From: Phycisphaeraceae bacterium
GTDB lineage: Bacteria; Planctomycetota; Phycisphaerae; Phycisphaerales; Phycisphaeraceae
NCBI GenBank assembly: GCA_963674705.1
Contig: OY771506.1
Location: forward strand, 4,736,001-4,800,000
Length of the DNA: 64,000 nt
Direction: 5' to 3'
Shown: positions 21,209 to 31,370 of the stretch, piece after piece
Layout: every line of letters begins with the position of its first letter
Position numbering within the stretch: position 1 is the first letter of the stretch
Made by a program: the position numbers and the translations under genes
Notes under the pieces: model-generated
Told to the model about the DNA's origin: nothing
What the model saw: only the letters and a program-made list of their open reading frames with translations
The model's database searches: none

Positions 21209-22440
21209 TCAATTGCTCGCGTGGGTAATACAGCCCCCCCGCTCCATACCGACCAACAGATCGAGTTGCCCCCAGCCAAGATCAACCGCTAATGGCGAAC
21301 AGGAGTGTGCCCCGAGTGCGATCTTCTTGCCATCGAAGTGAACAACCTTTGGATATTCAAAAACAGGCTGTTCATTCGTGCCTGCGTTAGGCAGCAGTAA
21401 TACCGAGGATTGCCGTTCATCACTCGTGTTCGTGTCATCGGGGATGCCGCCCTTGCCGGGAATGGAAGCCGAACGACCCGTGCCAGTCAGCAGGTCTATC
21501 TTGCCATCACCGTCCCAATCTATCGCCGGGATTTTCGTTCGGCCCAATTGTCCCGCAAAATGTCGGCTGTGTGTCTGGATCGGCTCGCCTGTAGTAAGTC
21601 GCAGCACTTCGCCGCGCTTGACGTTATAGTCATCGATCCGCCAAATACGCCGCAGAACGTTTTGCTCGTCATTGAAAACAGGATACTTGATCAGATATTT
21701 TCCCAATTCGGTCCCGTCTTGGAACATCACTGAGCCCAATGAAGAAACCGGCAGCCCGCCACGCCATATCCCCGCGCCATCGAATGGCCGAAACTCGTCA
21801 GCATGGTGATGTGTGTTCGCGGGATTGTATGCCTGGCCGTCCGATACGCTGAAGTAAACCAGCAACCTACCGCGCGGGCTCAATGTGGCCGCTAACGAGC
21901 CCGCATTCTTCGGCAAGTTAATGTCAGACTTCGCACCCGTTTCGAACTTTTGACTCGTGGAGACATAGCGTGTTAATCGCAGCCCGGGGCCAGACCGGAA
22001 TAGTCCCCAAAGCGACGACGATTGATCTTGAAGCAGTGTGATGGACCGACTCGGGAGATCGAAGTCTTCAGCAAGACCGTAGACCGACGTTCCGTCAGGC
22101 AAGAATTGCTTGAACGGAAGCACTTTTTCATCAGTCAGAATCAGGTCATAAGGTCCATTGCCGAAGATGTCTGCGGTACCCGCCGGCGTGGCTTGGTATT
22201 CAAGCGTATCCCCCAACGGCCCCAATTCCATGCCCAGCGGCACAGCTTATCCCGCCATCCAGCCTTCATACGCACTGGCAACGGGACCGGGAGCCATACA
22301 GACGGCTGTAGTAAGGATGCACGCTGCCAGACATGGCTTACACATTTGTTGGCAAATCACTTGTATAAACCACCTCATCCAGAACCTATCTGCGCACCGA
22401 ACAACTCAAGAAAATAGACATCTACAAGCCACAAGAATCA
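21209..22440 (-). pseudogene. Degenerate secreted FG-GAP/VCBS repeat protein
   Basis: DWDGDGKIDLL and D.G.GQLDLLVG motifs; N- and C-termini are disrupted; boundaries approximate. Confidence 0.55.
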
Positions 22441-22477
22441 TCCACAACAACAACTCAGACCATCCTTATTGTGAATA

Positions 22478-23326
22478 TCACTTATTGACCGGCATCATAT
22501 AAGTAGAGTTGATGTTGCGAGAGCGGATCGGTTTCATGGTCTCATCAGCCCCACTCAATGTGCTCGCCGACTCGTCTTTCATCAAATAGTTGGCAAACAG
22601 GTTTGTACAGACTTCGTCGCTGAAGTTACCGTAGTAGTAGTAGTAGTAGTAGTAGGCATCCGTATAGTCATTCCCGGCAGAGCCCTCGTGCTGCCTTGCC
22701 TCGAAGTATACACCGCTGGGATGATTGACACGGGTTCCGTCGCCGCTGCCTCGATAAAAGAAGTCGCTTGCGAGAACTTCGAGTTCCCACGCCTTATCTT
22801 CACCGATCTGCTTGTAGCGCCACTTCACTTCTGATTGGACATACGGCTTCTTGGAATTAAACAGCGTGGTTTCGATACGGAACTCAGCCATATAACCCGC
22901 AAAGAGAGAATAGTCGATGTACACACGTTGGGATGCAAGCGGGATCGCTGCAATACCACGCTCAACTTCAGACACCAACGGGCAGGTCAGGAAGTTCGCA
23001 TCACCACAGTAATCCTGATAGATCGGCCACACATCAGGCAAGGGATTTGCCGAAGGCTGATTATGCGCCACCAGCGTGTTGTACGTAGAGCTGACGCCCG
23101 CATACTACGAAACGTGTATCGGCAAGCGACCATTGTCAACCTCGTACGCAATGGAGCCGATACCAATTTACCTCAGGTTAGACAGGCACACCGATTTACG
23201 CGCCGTCTCACGAACCGCCCCCAAAGCAGGCAGGAGGATACCGACCAGCAACGCAATGATTGAAATGACCACCAATAATTCGGTCAGGATGAACGCACGG
23301 CGGGAGAATTGGGGTGTACGGTTCAA
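22478..23326 (-). pseudogene. Prepilin-type (DUF1559-like) protein pseudogene
   Basis: One frame reads [45 protein letters not shown], with in-frame stops at 23168-23170 and 23105-23107, and continues into ORF 22478-23071. Confidence 0.85.
22631..22654. repeat. (GTA)8 microsatellite encoding Y8 on the minus strand
   Basis: Direct read of the sequence. Confidence 0.9.
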
Positions 23327-23407
23327 CGTTATGTCCTCCAAGACAGCATTGGTAGATTGTATGTATCTTAATCGGGAACGAGCCGTTAGACCCGACCCCG
23401 GGGCTTG

Positions 23408-23990
23408 TTATTGCCGATGCCGAAGCATCGGGATGATCCCACATGTCAACAGCAGCGCCAGCGAAGCGGGCTCCGGTATGACGTAAGCTTGCCTCAGGGC
23501 TTCCGTTACATCTGCCAGTTCCGAACCGCTAAGCGTACGGTTATAAACAATAAACGCCGCAATATCACCCGACCAGCCACCACTGTCAATGATCAGATCG
23601 TCACAGGTCTGCGCACCGATCAAGGTTTGAAGGTCCCCGACAAGCTGTAGCGTCGCATCGGTGTTCGAGTCTGAGAATTGTGTCCCATCAGCCAATGTGA
23701 GCATGACAAAGACTTCATCCGTCGTGGTGTCCAGGTAACTTGTCCCGAATACAAACTCGCCGGCTCCAAAAGCTCTGGGCGTTCCCCCACCCGCACTTGC
23801 CGCTTTGAAACCTTCGCTGCTAGTCCGCGCCATCGAACGGTAACCAAGTGCCGAATTGTCGATCGCTGTGGATACATCCGTAATCGAACCCCAGGCTTGG
23901 CTCTCATCTGCCTCGGTGACACCCGGATCGATATCACTATAAGCGGATGAGGTCAGACGACGGTTGTTTGTATCGAGGCTGGCACTGTAA
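23408..23990 (-). pseudogene. PEP-CTERM protein C-terminal remnant truncated by IS3
   Basis: IVYNRTLS..E (LamG-like end) and an IPEPASLALLL...RHR tail; the 5' part is replaced by the IS. Confidence 0.7.
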
Positions 23991-23992
23991 AC

Positions 23993-25219
23993 TGACCCCC
24001 TCGGGTTCTTTGGTCCAGTTGCTATGAGAGAATCGGTGAGTGTGTTGTTGCTTGCTGAGCCGCAGGGCGGGGCGCAGCCCCGACCGGAGAGTCAGCAAGC
24101 GGTGCGGCCGGGAACGCCCCGGCTGCGGGTTCGTTTAATCTCGCGGCATACGCCGCAGGGGGCTCCCAGTTCAACGACGTGTGCGGTCGGCGGTGGTTGT
24201 AATCCAGACGCCACTCGTCCAATACGTACCTCACCTCGGTAAGGCTCAGGAACAGTTCGCCGTTAAGCAACTCGTCACGCAGCTTGCCGTTGAACGATTC
24301 CACGTAGCTGTTCTCCCAGGGGCTGGCCTTCTGGATATACAGGGTACGTACTGACGCCTTACCCAGCCACTTCTGGACCTCCTTGGCCACGAACTCAGGA
24401 CCGTCATCCGAGCGGATGTGCTCGGACCGCAAACAGGTACTGCAGCGTCAGGATTACATCTCGGGAGGTGAATGAACGTCCCGGTTCGGTTGCCAGGCAA
24501 CTCATCGATCACCACCAACAGCTTCAGCTGTTGCCCGGCAAACGCCTTCGTTTACGCTGCTTCTTAGACACTTGCATGCCCTCCTTCTTCCACAGCCGAT
24601 GCACTTGACCAAAGCCTACTGACCAGCCCACTTTTGCCAGTTCTGGATGCACCCGTTCGCAGCCGAACCGTGGACGGACGTCGATGACCTCACGCATCGC
24701 CTCGATCAAGGCCTGGTCTTTCTCCGGCAGCTTGAGCCGGTAACGCTGCGTACTCCGTGGCTGGTCCAACGCCTTGCAAGCCCGACGCTCACTGACCTTG
24801 CCATGCCCCAAACGACTACGTACCTTTTGAACCGTACGACGCCGCCGTTCGGGGTCGATCAGTTTGGGCGGGCCGCCTCCTTCAGGATCAGCATGTCCAA
24901 CGCTTGGTCCGCCACCAACTTCTTCAGCCGCGCGTTCTCACGCTCCAGTTCCTTCATCTGCTTGGCCATCAGCGGAGCGTCCAGTGGGGCGCCATCTCGC
25001 CGTACTTGGTTTGCCAGCGGTAGTACGTCTGTTCGCTGATGCCCAGCTGTCGGCAAACCTCCGGCACCTTCAGCCCCTTGCCCAACTCAATATCCGCCTA
25101 GCGGAGCTTGGCCACGATCTGCTCGGTACTGTGTCGCGTCTTCATCGAGGAATCCTTTCCGGATCGAGGCCGGATGGATTCTCTCATATTCACTGGATCA
25201 GGTTCTCAGGAGGGGGTCA
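23993..25219 (-). mobile_element. Degenerate IS3-family element (IS407-like)
   Basis: Imperfect terminal IRs (TGACCCCCTC...TCCAGT...TATGAGAGAATC). orfA MKTRHSTEQIVAKLR* has an internal stop. orfB fragments SERRAC, SD.GPEF, PWEN.YVESFNGKLRDE, YN..RPH. Confidence 0.9.
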
Positions 25220-25542
25220 TGGAACTGTGTCCCCTGATAATCCGCCCAAGCGTTATGGGTGAACAGGTCTTGATTGACCATGACCGGGCAACCAACCCAC
25301 ATCAAAACTGCTTTGGGGATGATCTGCCAGTGAATACAACTTTGGTTTTATTGACTTAATCCTCACATGAAGTGGGATCGCAAGATCGCGGTTGTTAAGA
25401 TTTTATTGGGTAGTGATCGTAATTGAAAAATGGACCCGGTGAGGCTTGAACCTGCGTCCTCATCTATACGAGTCAAGAGCGCAGAACTGTTAAGCCATTT
25501 GCGTCCTGCATTGCCATATGTATATTTTTACCACTTGTGGCA

Positions 25543-25879
25543 TCAATCGTCTTTTGTTTTTCGTGTCAATCCACCTAACTCGTCCATAGTGAATCGGACT
25601 GACACCACCGAGTTTTTCTCAGAGCCGGGCCGATACTTGACATAGGTCGTGGCGATCAGCGTGCTATCCGGCAGTTGCTCGATAGATCCGTAACCGCAGT
25701 CATGAGAAGACCAGCCTTTACCCGGTGTCGGGTATTGATGCAGGAGTTTGAGTCTGTATTGACCTGTCGTTCGATCAACAAGGTTCTGATACTTGCCTAT
25801 CCATGCAACGAAACTACCCTTGCTGGTACTTGCCTTGGCCATATCGCGGAAGACGATGACCAGGTGGTTATCATGTGTG
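25543..25879 (-). pseudogene. C-terminal fragment of a sialidase/BNR-like propeller protein
   Basis: LVIVFRD...FVAWIG.Y...DCGY...LPD.T..ATTY.KY...SVVSVRF; the N-terminal part is absent, ending at the IS3 boundary. Confidence 0.55.
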
Positions 25880-27149
25880 AGAGCTGGTCCCCAAATCTTG
25901 GACAGCCGGTTGGCCTGAATAAGGTGGGCCAACGGGTTTATGCCGCGGCCAGCGGCGGTCCGGTTATAGGTTTTCCATCATACGCTTCGTCCGGCGTCCG
26001 TCCAGCGAGTGTCGAGTGCGGACGCTCGGTGTTGTAGAACCGCAGCCATTCATTGATCCCGGCGCGAGCTTCGCTGCCTCTGTCCCACGCGTGCAGGTAC
26101 ACGCATTCGTACTTCAGGCTCCGCCACAGACGTTCGATGAACACGTTGTCCATCCATCGGCCTTTGCCGTCCATCGATACCTTCGCGCCCGCGTTCTTCA
26201 CCGCTTCGGTCCATTCCAGGCCGGTGAACTGGCTGCCCTGATCGGTGTTGATGATCTGCGGCGGGCCGTGCTTGCTCAGCGCTTCTTCCAACGCCTCGAC
26301 GCAGAATGACGCTTCCATCGTGTTGCTCAATCGCCAGGCCAGCACCTTCCTGCTGTGCCAGTCCATGACCGCAACGAGGTACAAAAAGCCGCGTCGCATC
26401 GGGATGTATGTGATGTCGGCGCACCACACATGACCCGGCTGATCAATCTTCAGATTCCGCAGCAGGTACGGATACACCTTGTTTTCAAGGCATTTGACGC
26501 TGGTCTTCGGGGCCTGGTAGATCGGCGTCAAACCCATCTGGCGCATCAATCGACGCACACGCTTGCGGCCGACGTTGTAGCCAAGCCGACGCAACCAACG
26601 CATCATCTGCCGGCTGCCGTAGAACGGCGTGCACAGGAACTGTCGGTCGATCAGACGCATCAGCTTCAGGTTCAACGGGCTCTCGCCTTTGCCTGAAAAG
26701 TAAAACGACGATCGGCTGATCGACACCAGCCCACACTGACGCACGATGCTCAGCTCGGGGTGCTTGGGTTCGACCATGTCGCAGCGGCGGCCGTGGCTCA
26801 AAGCCCCAACCCTTTTTTTAAAAAGTCCTTCTCGATGGTCAGCTCGCCGATCTTCGCGTGCAGCTCTTTGATCTGCTCGTCGGATGCCTGCGGGTCCTTG
26901 CCGCCGCCACGGGCAAAAAGCTGGGCCGCCTCCTGTGCCAGCAGCTTCTTCCACCCGCCGATCATGTTCGGATGCACGTCGTACTTCTTGGCGATCTCCG
27001 CCACCGTCAACTCGCCACGCAGCGCCTCCAGCGCCACCTTCGCCTTGAATTCAGCCGTAAATCGTCGTCGCTTGCTCATCAAGTAAGTCCTTTCAAATCT
27101 GCAGACCAGCCCACTTTAACCGGCTGTCCAAGATTTGGGGACCAGCTCT
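25880..27149 (-). mobile_element. Apparently intact IS3-family element
   Basis: Perfect 32-bp IRs (AGAGCTGGTCCCCAAATCTTGGACAGCCGGTT); orfA 26798-27082 and overlapping orfB with an A7 run at the junction (probable -1 frameshift site). Confidence 0.95.
25938..27082 (-). CDS. IS3 transposase OrfAB (programmed frameshift)
   Basis: orfA HTH RRRFTAEFKAKVALEA; orfB DDE motifs W.ADITY, NTDQGSQF, DNVFIERLWRSLKYE. Confidence 0.92.
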
Positions 27150-27591
27150 GACCGTTGCTGCCGGTATTGGATAAACCATCAGCAAAGCCAACCACGATGC
27201 CTGTGCTGCCATCCGTAAACAGGTTGGGATCGTACGACGCACCCATATCGCCGGGCGTGATCAGGAAGGACATGTAAATCGAAGCCCCGACGGCTGGTGC
27301 AGACAGTTCACGCTGCACATCGGAATCTTCATAACCATAAGCAATGGTCGGATTGATGGGTTGGACTTCAACAGCACCGGAAGCGACCTGCCACGGGGTT
27401 GAGCCGGTTGGTGGAACACTCTGAGATCCGGCGGCCCAAGGCCCCGTCCATTCTCCCACGATCCCCTGATTCTCCAGGGCTCCGTCGCTATAGGAGAATG
27501 TTTCGTTTACAGCCATCGCCGAACCGGCCAAGGATAGCCATGTAAACAACAGAACGCATAGCGATCGACAGGGGCATTTAAACTGCATCAC
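27150..27591 (-). pseudogene. N-terminal half of a secreted (probably PEP-CTERM family) protein truncated by IS3
   Basis: Signal peptide ...SAMA|VNETFSY. L..Q...W.G.W and IYMSFLI motifs resemble the PEP-CTERM proteins at 52006 and 53061. The ORF reads into the IS end. Confidence 0.7.
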
Positions 27592-27644
27592 TTCTCCACT
27601 CCTTCAAAACCGAAGTTATGAATGGCTGTCACGGTGGTTGATTG

Positions 27645-28376
27645 TTATCTGGGGTCCCAGTATTTTTTTTCGTTGATCGGATCGATCATTTCCTCGGTGG
27701 CCGCCTCCGCATGACCATCAACAAACACAGCGTTGCCTTTGCCGGCATGATTCAGGACAGGGCGTCCAAAACCAGGGAAGGTCAACGGCAAGGGATCAGC
27801 CGGCCTGAGGACATAAGCCCACAATTCGCGGACAGCTTCGGGCACTTGATCCGGGATTCCATGGTCGATGAAACTGATGACTTCTGTCGGGCGACGTACC
27901 GAAGAAGCCGGCAATCCAACCAACCCACTTGGCCCATTGGGATATTGGTGGGGATAACTGGCCGGCGGTTTCTCCGCCAATAGGTACTGCCAGTTGTAGC
28001 CGTAACTTGATGTGTCACGCTCCGGCTCGAAGTCTTCGTGGCTCGGGCAAACCCAGATCCCCTTGCCCCACTCCTGGCCTGAATACTTTTCAAGATACCC
28101 CGTGAGGTCACCGCCACCGGTTTTCGATCCGGAGTCAGGCAAATCATCGTCGTTGCTTGCAGCAAAGTTGGCAATGACAATCCCCAACTGTCGCAAGTTG
28201 CTTTTGCATTGGCTGTCTTTAGCGCTACGACGGGCGGCGCCAAGTGCAGGTAAGAGGATACCCACCAGCACCGCAATGATCGAAATCACAACCAGTAACT
28301 CGATAAGTGTAAAAGCTTTACACCGAATATCGATTGGTTCAAGATGATCTGTAAGCTTCATAAGGCTGTATTCCAC
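27645..28376 (-). CDS. Prepilin-type N-terminal cleavage/methylation protein with H-X9-DG motif (DUF1559-like)
   Basis: [54 protein letters not shown]. Confidence 0.92.
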   Translation of the reverse strand: MEYSLMKLTDHLEPIDIRCKAFTLIELLVVISIIAVLVGILLPALGAARRSAKDSQCKSNLRQLGIVIANFAASNDDDLPDSGSKTGGGDLTGYLEKYSGQEWGKGIWVCPSHEDFEPERDTSSYGYNWQYLLAEKPPASYPHQYPNGPSGLVGLPASSVRRPTEVISFIDHGIPDQVPEAVRELWAYVLRPADPLPLTFPGFGRPVLNHAGKGNAVFVDGHAEAATEEMIDPINEKKYWDPR

Positions 28377-28662
28377 CCTCGCTCTGACCTCAACAGGAGT
28401 TTACTACAGATACTCGCTTTCACTGCAATGAAAGATGATATTTGCCTGAGATGAAGCTAAGCGAATCCATATTACTTGTGAGATCAGCAGAATTCTATTC
28501 ACGCATACAAAAGGATTGTTAATTTAGGTAACCAACTCACAAGCCTGTAACCAGATATACCGAATAACCAGTTCATTGCACCGCAAGTTACCGCTAACCG
28601 ATATTGTAATCGATCTAAGTAAAAACCCTAGTATTGTTCTTCAATTTCTTAAATGTTTTAGT

Positions 28663-28707
28663 TATAATTCCTGATGTCCTAATGGGCAATAAAAAATATT
28701 AGGACAT
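28663..28707 (+). promoter_or_regulatory. TATAAT box followed by a perfect 10-bp inverted repeat (candidate operator) upstream of the glycan operon
   Basis: TATAAT at 28663-28668; ATGTCCTAAT-N14-ATTAGGACAT at 28674-28707 in an AT-rich divergent intergenic region. Confidence 0.45.
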
Positions 28708-28746
28708 GCATGGCTTGTGTGACACGCAGGTCGATAAAAAGACCTC

Positions 28747-31344
28747 TTGTTCTATATATGTGACCCTTGGCAGGGCCGACATATTGTCGGGGTGGGAGGG
28801 AGGCTGTGGATCACTGTCGCTAACCATGACATTCAGATAAGTGCACCTTCAGGACCAATACCAACCGCTTCAGAGTCGATTCCCGTTCAGACGGGTGTGC
28901 GTCCCCATGTAGCGGGGAAGTTCCTTTACGTAGGCAGACACAAATATTGGGTGCGAGGGGTCACCTATGGGCCTTTTGCGCCAGGGCCGGATGGTTCGGA
29001 GTACGGGGATCGGCGACAAGTCGATGCAGACTTTGAACAGATGGCCGCACGGGGGATCAATACGGTTCGGCTATATACGGCGCCGCCCGATTGGCTGCTG
29101 GACGTCGCGCAGCTGCATAATCTGCGTGTGATGATCGGTGTGCCTTGGGAACAGCACATCAGTTTCCTGGATGATCGCAAGCGTATAAAAAACATTCTCA
29201 AAAAGACGCAGCAAATCGTAAGTCGCTTCAGTGAACATCCCGCGGTCTTGTGCTACACGATCGGTAATGAGATACCCGCACCTGTATGCCGATGGTACGG
29301 CCGACATAAGATCGAACGATTCCTCAAACGGATGTACATCGCTGCTAAACGGGCAGACCGTCATGGTTTGGTTACCTACGTCAACTATCCAACGACAGAA
29401 TATCTGGACCTGAACTTTCTGGATATTCAGTGTTTTAATGTTTATCTTGAATCACCCGATCTGTTACGTGCCTACCTTTCAAGGCTTCAGAACCTGGTCG
29501 GCGAGCGACCGCTTGTCATGGCGGAGCTGGGGCTTGACAGCCGGCGCAATGGCTGTGGAAAGCAGGCTGAGGTTCTGGAGTGGCAGGTGCGCGAGACATT
29601 TGCCTGTGGCTGTGCTGGGATGTTTGTCTTCGCGTGGACCGATGAATGGCATCGCGGGGGATTCGACATTGATGACTGGGATTTCGGTTTGACGACACGG
29701 GATCGCGAACCCAAGCCCGCGCTGGAAGCGGTCACGCGAGCATACCGGGATACGCCGTTCCCCATGGATTGCGATTGGCCCAAGGTCAGCGTCATTGTCT
29801 GCACTTACAACGGCTCACGAACACTGGTTCAGACACTCCAGGCCCTGAAGTCGATGTCCTATCCAAACAGCGAAATCATCGTCGTCAATGATGGATCGAC
29901 CGACTCGGTGCGAGAGCTATTGGATCCATTTGAGAGAGACCCTCTTTTCAACGTGATCCACAAGGAGAACGGTGGCCTAAGCCGTGCACGCAACACGGGT
30001 TTGTGGGCCGCGATGGGCGAGATCGTGGTGTATATCGACGACGATGCCTACCCGGGTTCTCACTGGCTTTTCTACATCGCCCATCACCTGATGACGACGG
30101 ATCATGTCGCGGTCGGTGGACCGAACATTCCGCCTTGGGGTGATGGTATGATCGGCGAAGCGGTCGCGCATTCGCCGGGTGGCCCGAATCACGTTTTGTA
30201 CAGCGACCGGGTCGCAGAGCATATTCCCGGATGCAATATGGCGTTCCGACGCGAGGCCCTGTTGGATGTCGGGGGATTCGATTCCCAGTTCCGCATCGCG
30301 GGTGACGATGTCGATTTGTGTTGGCGTCTTCAGGCCAACGGCGGGGTGATCGGGTTCCATGCCGGCGCAACGGTATTTCATCACCGGCGCTTACAGCTAC
30401 GCGGTTATCTGCGCCAACAACAGAACTACGGCAAAGCTGAAGCCATGCTGGAGCAGAAGTGGCCAGATAAATACAACAAGCTGGGGCATATCGTCTGGCA
30501 TGGACGGATCTATGGCAATGGTTTCACGCTGCCGATCTTCCTGAAACAGCAGCGAGTGTATCACGGTGTGTGGGGGACGGCCGCATATCAGAGCGCTATG
30601 CCGCGGCATCCAACTTACTTTCAGTCGATCATGCTGATGCCGGAGTGGTACCTGATCGTGGGCGGTTTGCTGCTGCTTTGCCTGCCGGGAATTTTCTGGA
30701 AGCCCATGCTGTTTCTTTTGCCATTGCTTGTGGTGGCGTTGGGAGCGCCGCTGATACAAGCGGTCTCAACCGCGTGGCGTGCGGAGTTGCGTGAAGCTCA
30801 GGGCTTACGGCACAGGATTGTCTGCCGTCTGCTGATTGCGGCACTTCACATCGCCCAACCATTGGTCAGGCTCAAGGGACGTATCACCGGCGGCTTGACG
30901 ATCTGGCAGCGGACAAAGTGGCGTTGGTGGGATTGGCCACTGCGTATCAAACGGTCTATCTGGTCTGAGCAGTGGGAAGCGTCCGATAGCAAACTGACAA
31001 AACTCGAAAAGGCGGTACGTGCCTTGGGGGCATCGTGCTTCCGGGGTCAGCCGATCGATCGCTGGGATATTGAGGTGCGTGGTGGTTTTCTGGGACACTA
31101 CCGAATCTGGATGATGATCGAAGAGCACGGGGCAGGCAAACAATTAACACGGCTGTACTGCAAGCCCAAGATGGGCGCCTACGTCCCGTTAATGATTATA
31201 ATGCTTGCTGTCGCGGGAGCCGTATCGATCGTTTCATCTTACCCGGGATTATTCCTCTTATTCGTAGGGTTGAACCTGTTGTTAATTGGACTGACATTGG
31301 GTGAATGCGGCGTTGCAGCGGCCTACTGCAAGACGGCTATCTAA
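28747..31344 (+). CDS. Fusion of a clan GH-A (GH2-like) TIM-barrel domain, a GT2 glycosyltransferase and a membrane region
   Basis: G.NTVR.Y, IGNE (acid/base) and MAELG (nucleophile); GT2 motifs VIVCTYN, NDGSTD, IDDD, GCNMAF, GDDVD; C-terminal TM helices. Start uncertain. Confidence 0.88.
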   Translation: MFYICDPWQGRHIVGVGGRLWITVANHDIQISAPSGPIPTASESIPVQTGVRPHVAGKFLYVGRHKYWVRGVTYGPFAPGPDGSEYGDRRQVDADFEQMAARGINTVRLYTAPPDWLLDVAQLHNLRVMIGVPWEQHISFLDDRKRIKNILKKTQQIVSRFSEHPAVLCYTIGNEIPAPVCRWYGRHKIERFLKRMYIAAKRADRHGLVTYVNYPTTEYLDLNFLDIQCFNVYLESPDLLRAYLSRLQNLVGERPLVMAELGLDSRRNGCGKQAEVLEWQVRETFACGCAGMFVFAWTDEWHRGGFDIDDWDFGLTTRDREPKPALEAVTRAYRDTPFPMDCDWPKVSVIVCTYNGSRTLVQTLQALKSMSYPNSEIIVVNDGSTDSVRELLDPFERDPLFNVIHKENGGLSRARNTGLWAAMGEIVVYIDDDAYPGSHWLFYIAHHLMTTDHVAVGGPNIPPWGDGMIGEAVAHSPGGPNHVLYSDRVAEHIPGCNMAFRREALLDVGGFDSQFRIAGDDVDLCWRLQANGGVIGFHAGATVFHHRRLQLRGYLRQQQNYGKAEAMLEQKWPDKYNKLGHIVWHGRIYGNGFTLPIFLKQQRVYHGVWGTAAYQSAMPRHPTYFQSIMLMPEWYLIVGGLLLLCLPGIFWKPMLFLLPLLVVALGAPLIQAVSTAWRAELREAQGLRHRIVCRLLIAALHIAQPLVRLKGRITGGLTIWQRTKWRWWDWPLRIKRSIWSEQWEASDSKLTKLEKAVRALGASCFRGQPIDRWDIEVRGGFLGHYRIWMMIEEHGAGKQLTRLYCKPKMGAYVPLMIIMLAVAGAVSIVSSYPGLFLLFVGLNLLLIGLTLGECGVAAAYCKTAI

Positions 31345-31370
31345 CAAACCTTCGGGAAGCATATAAACTG

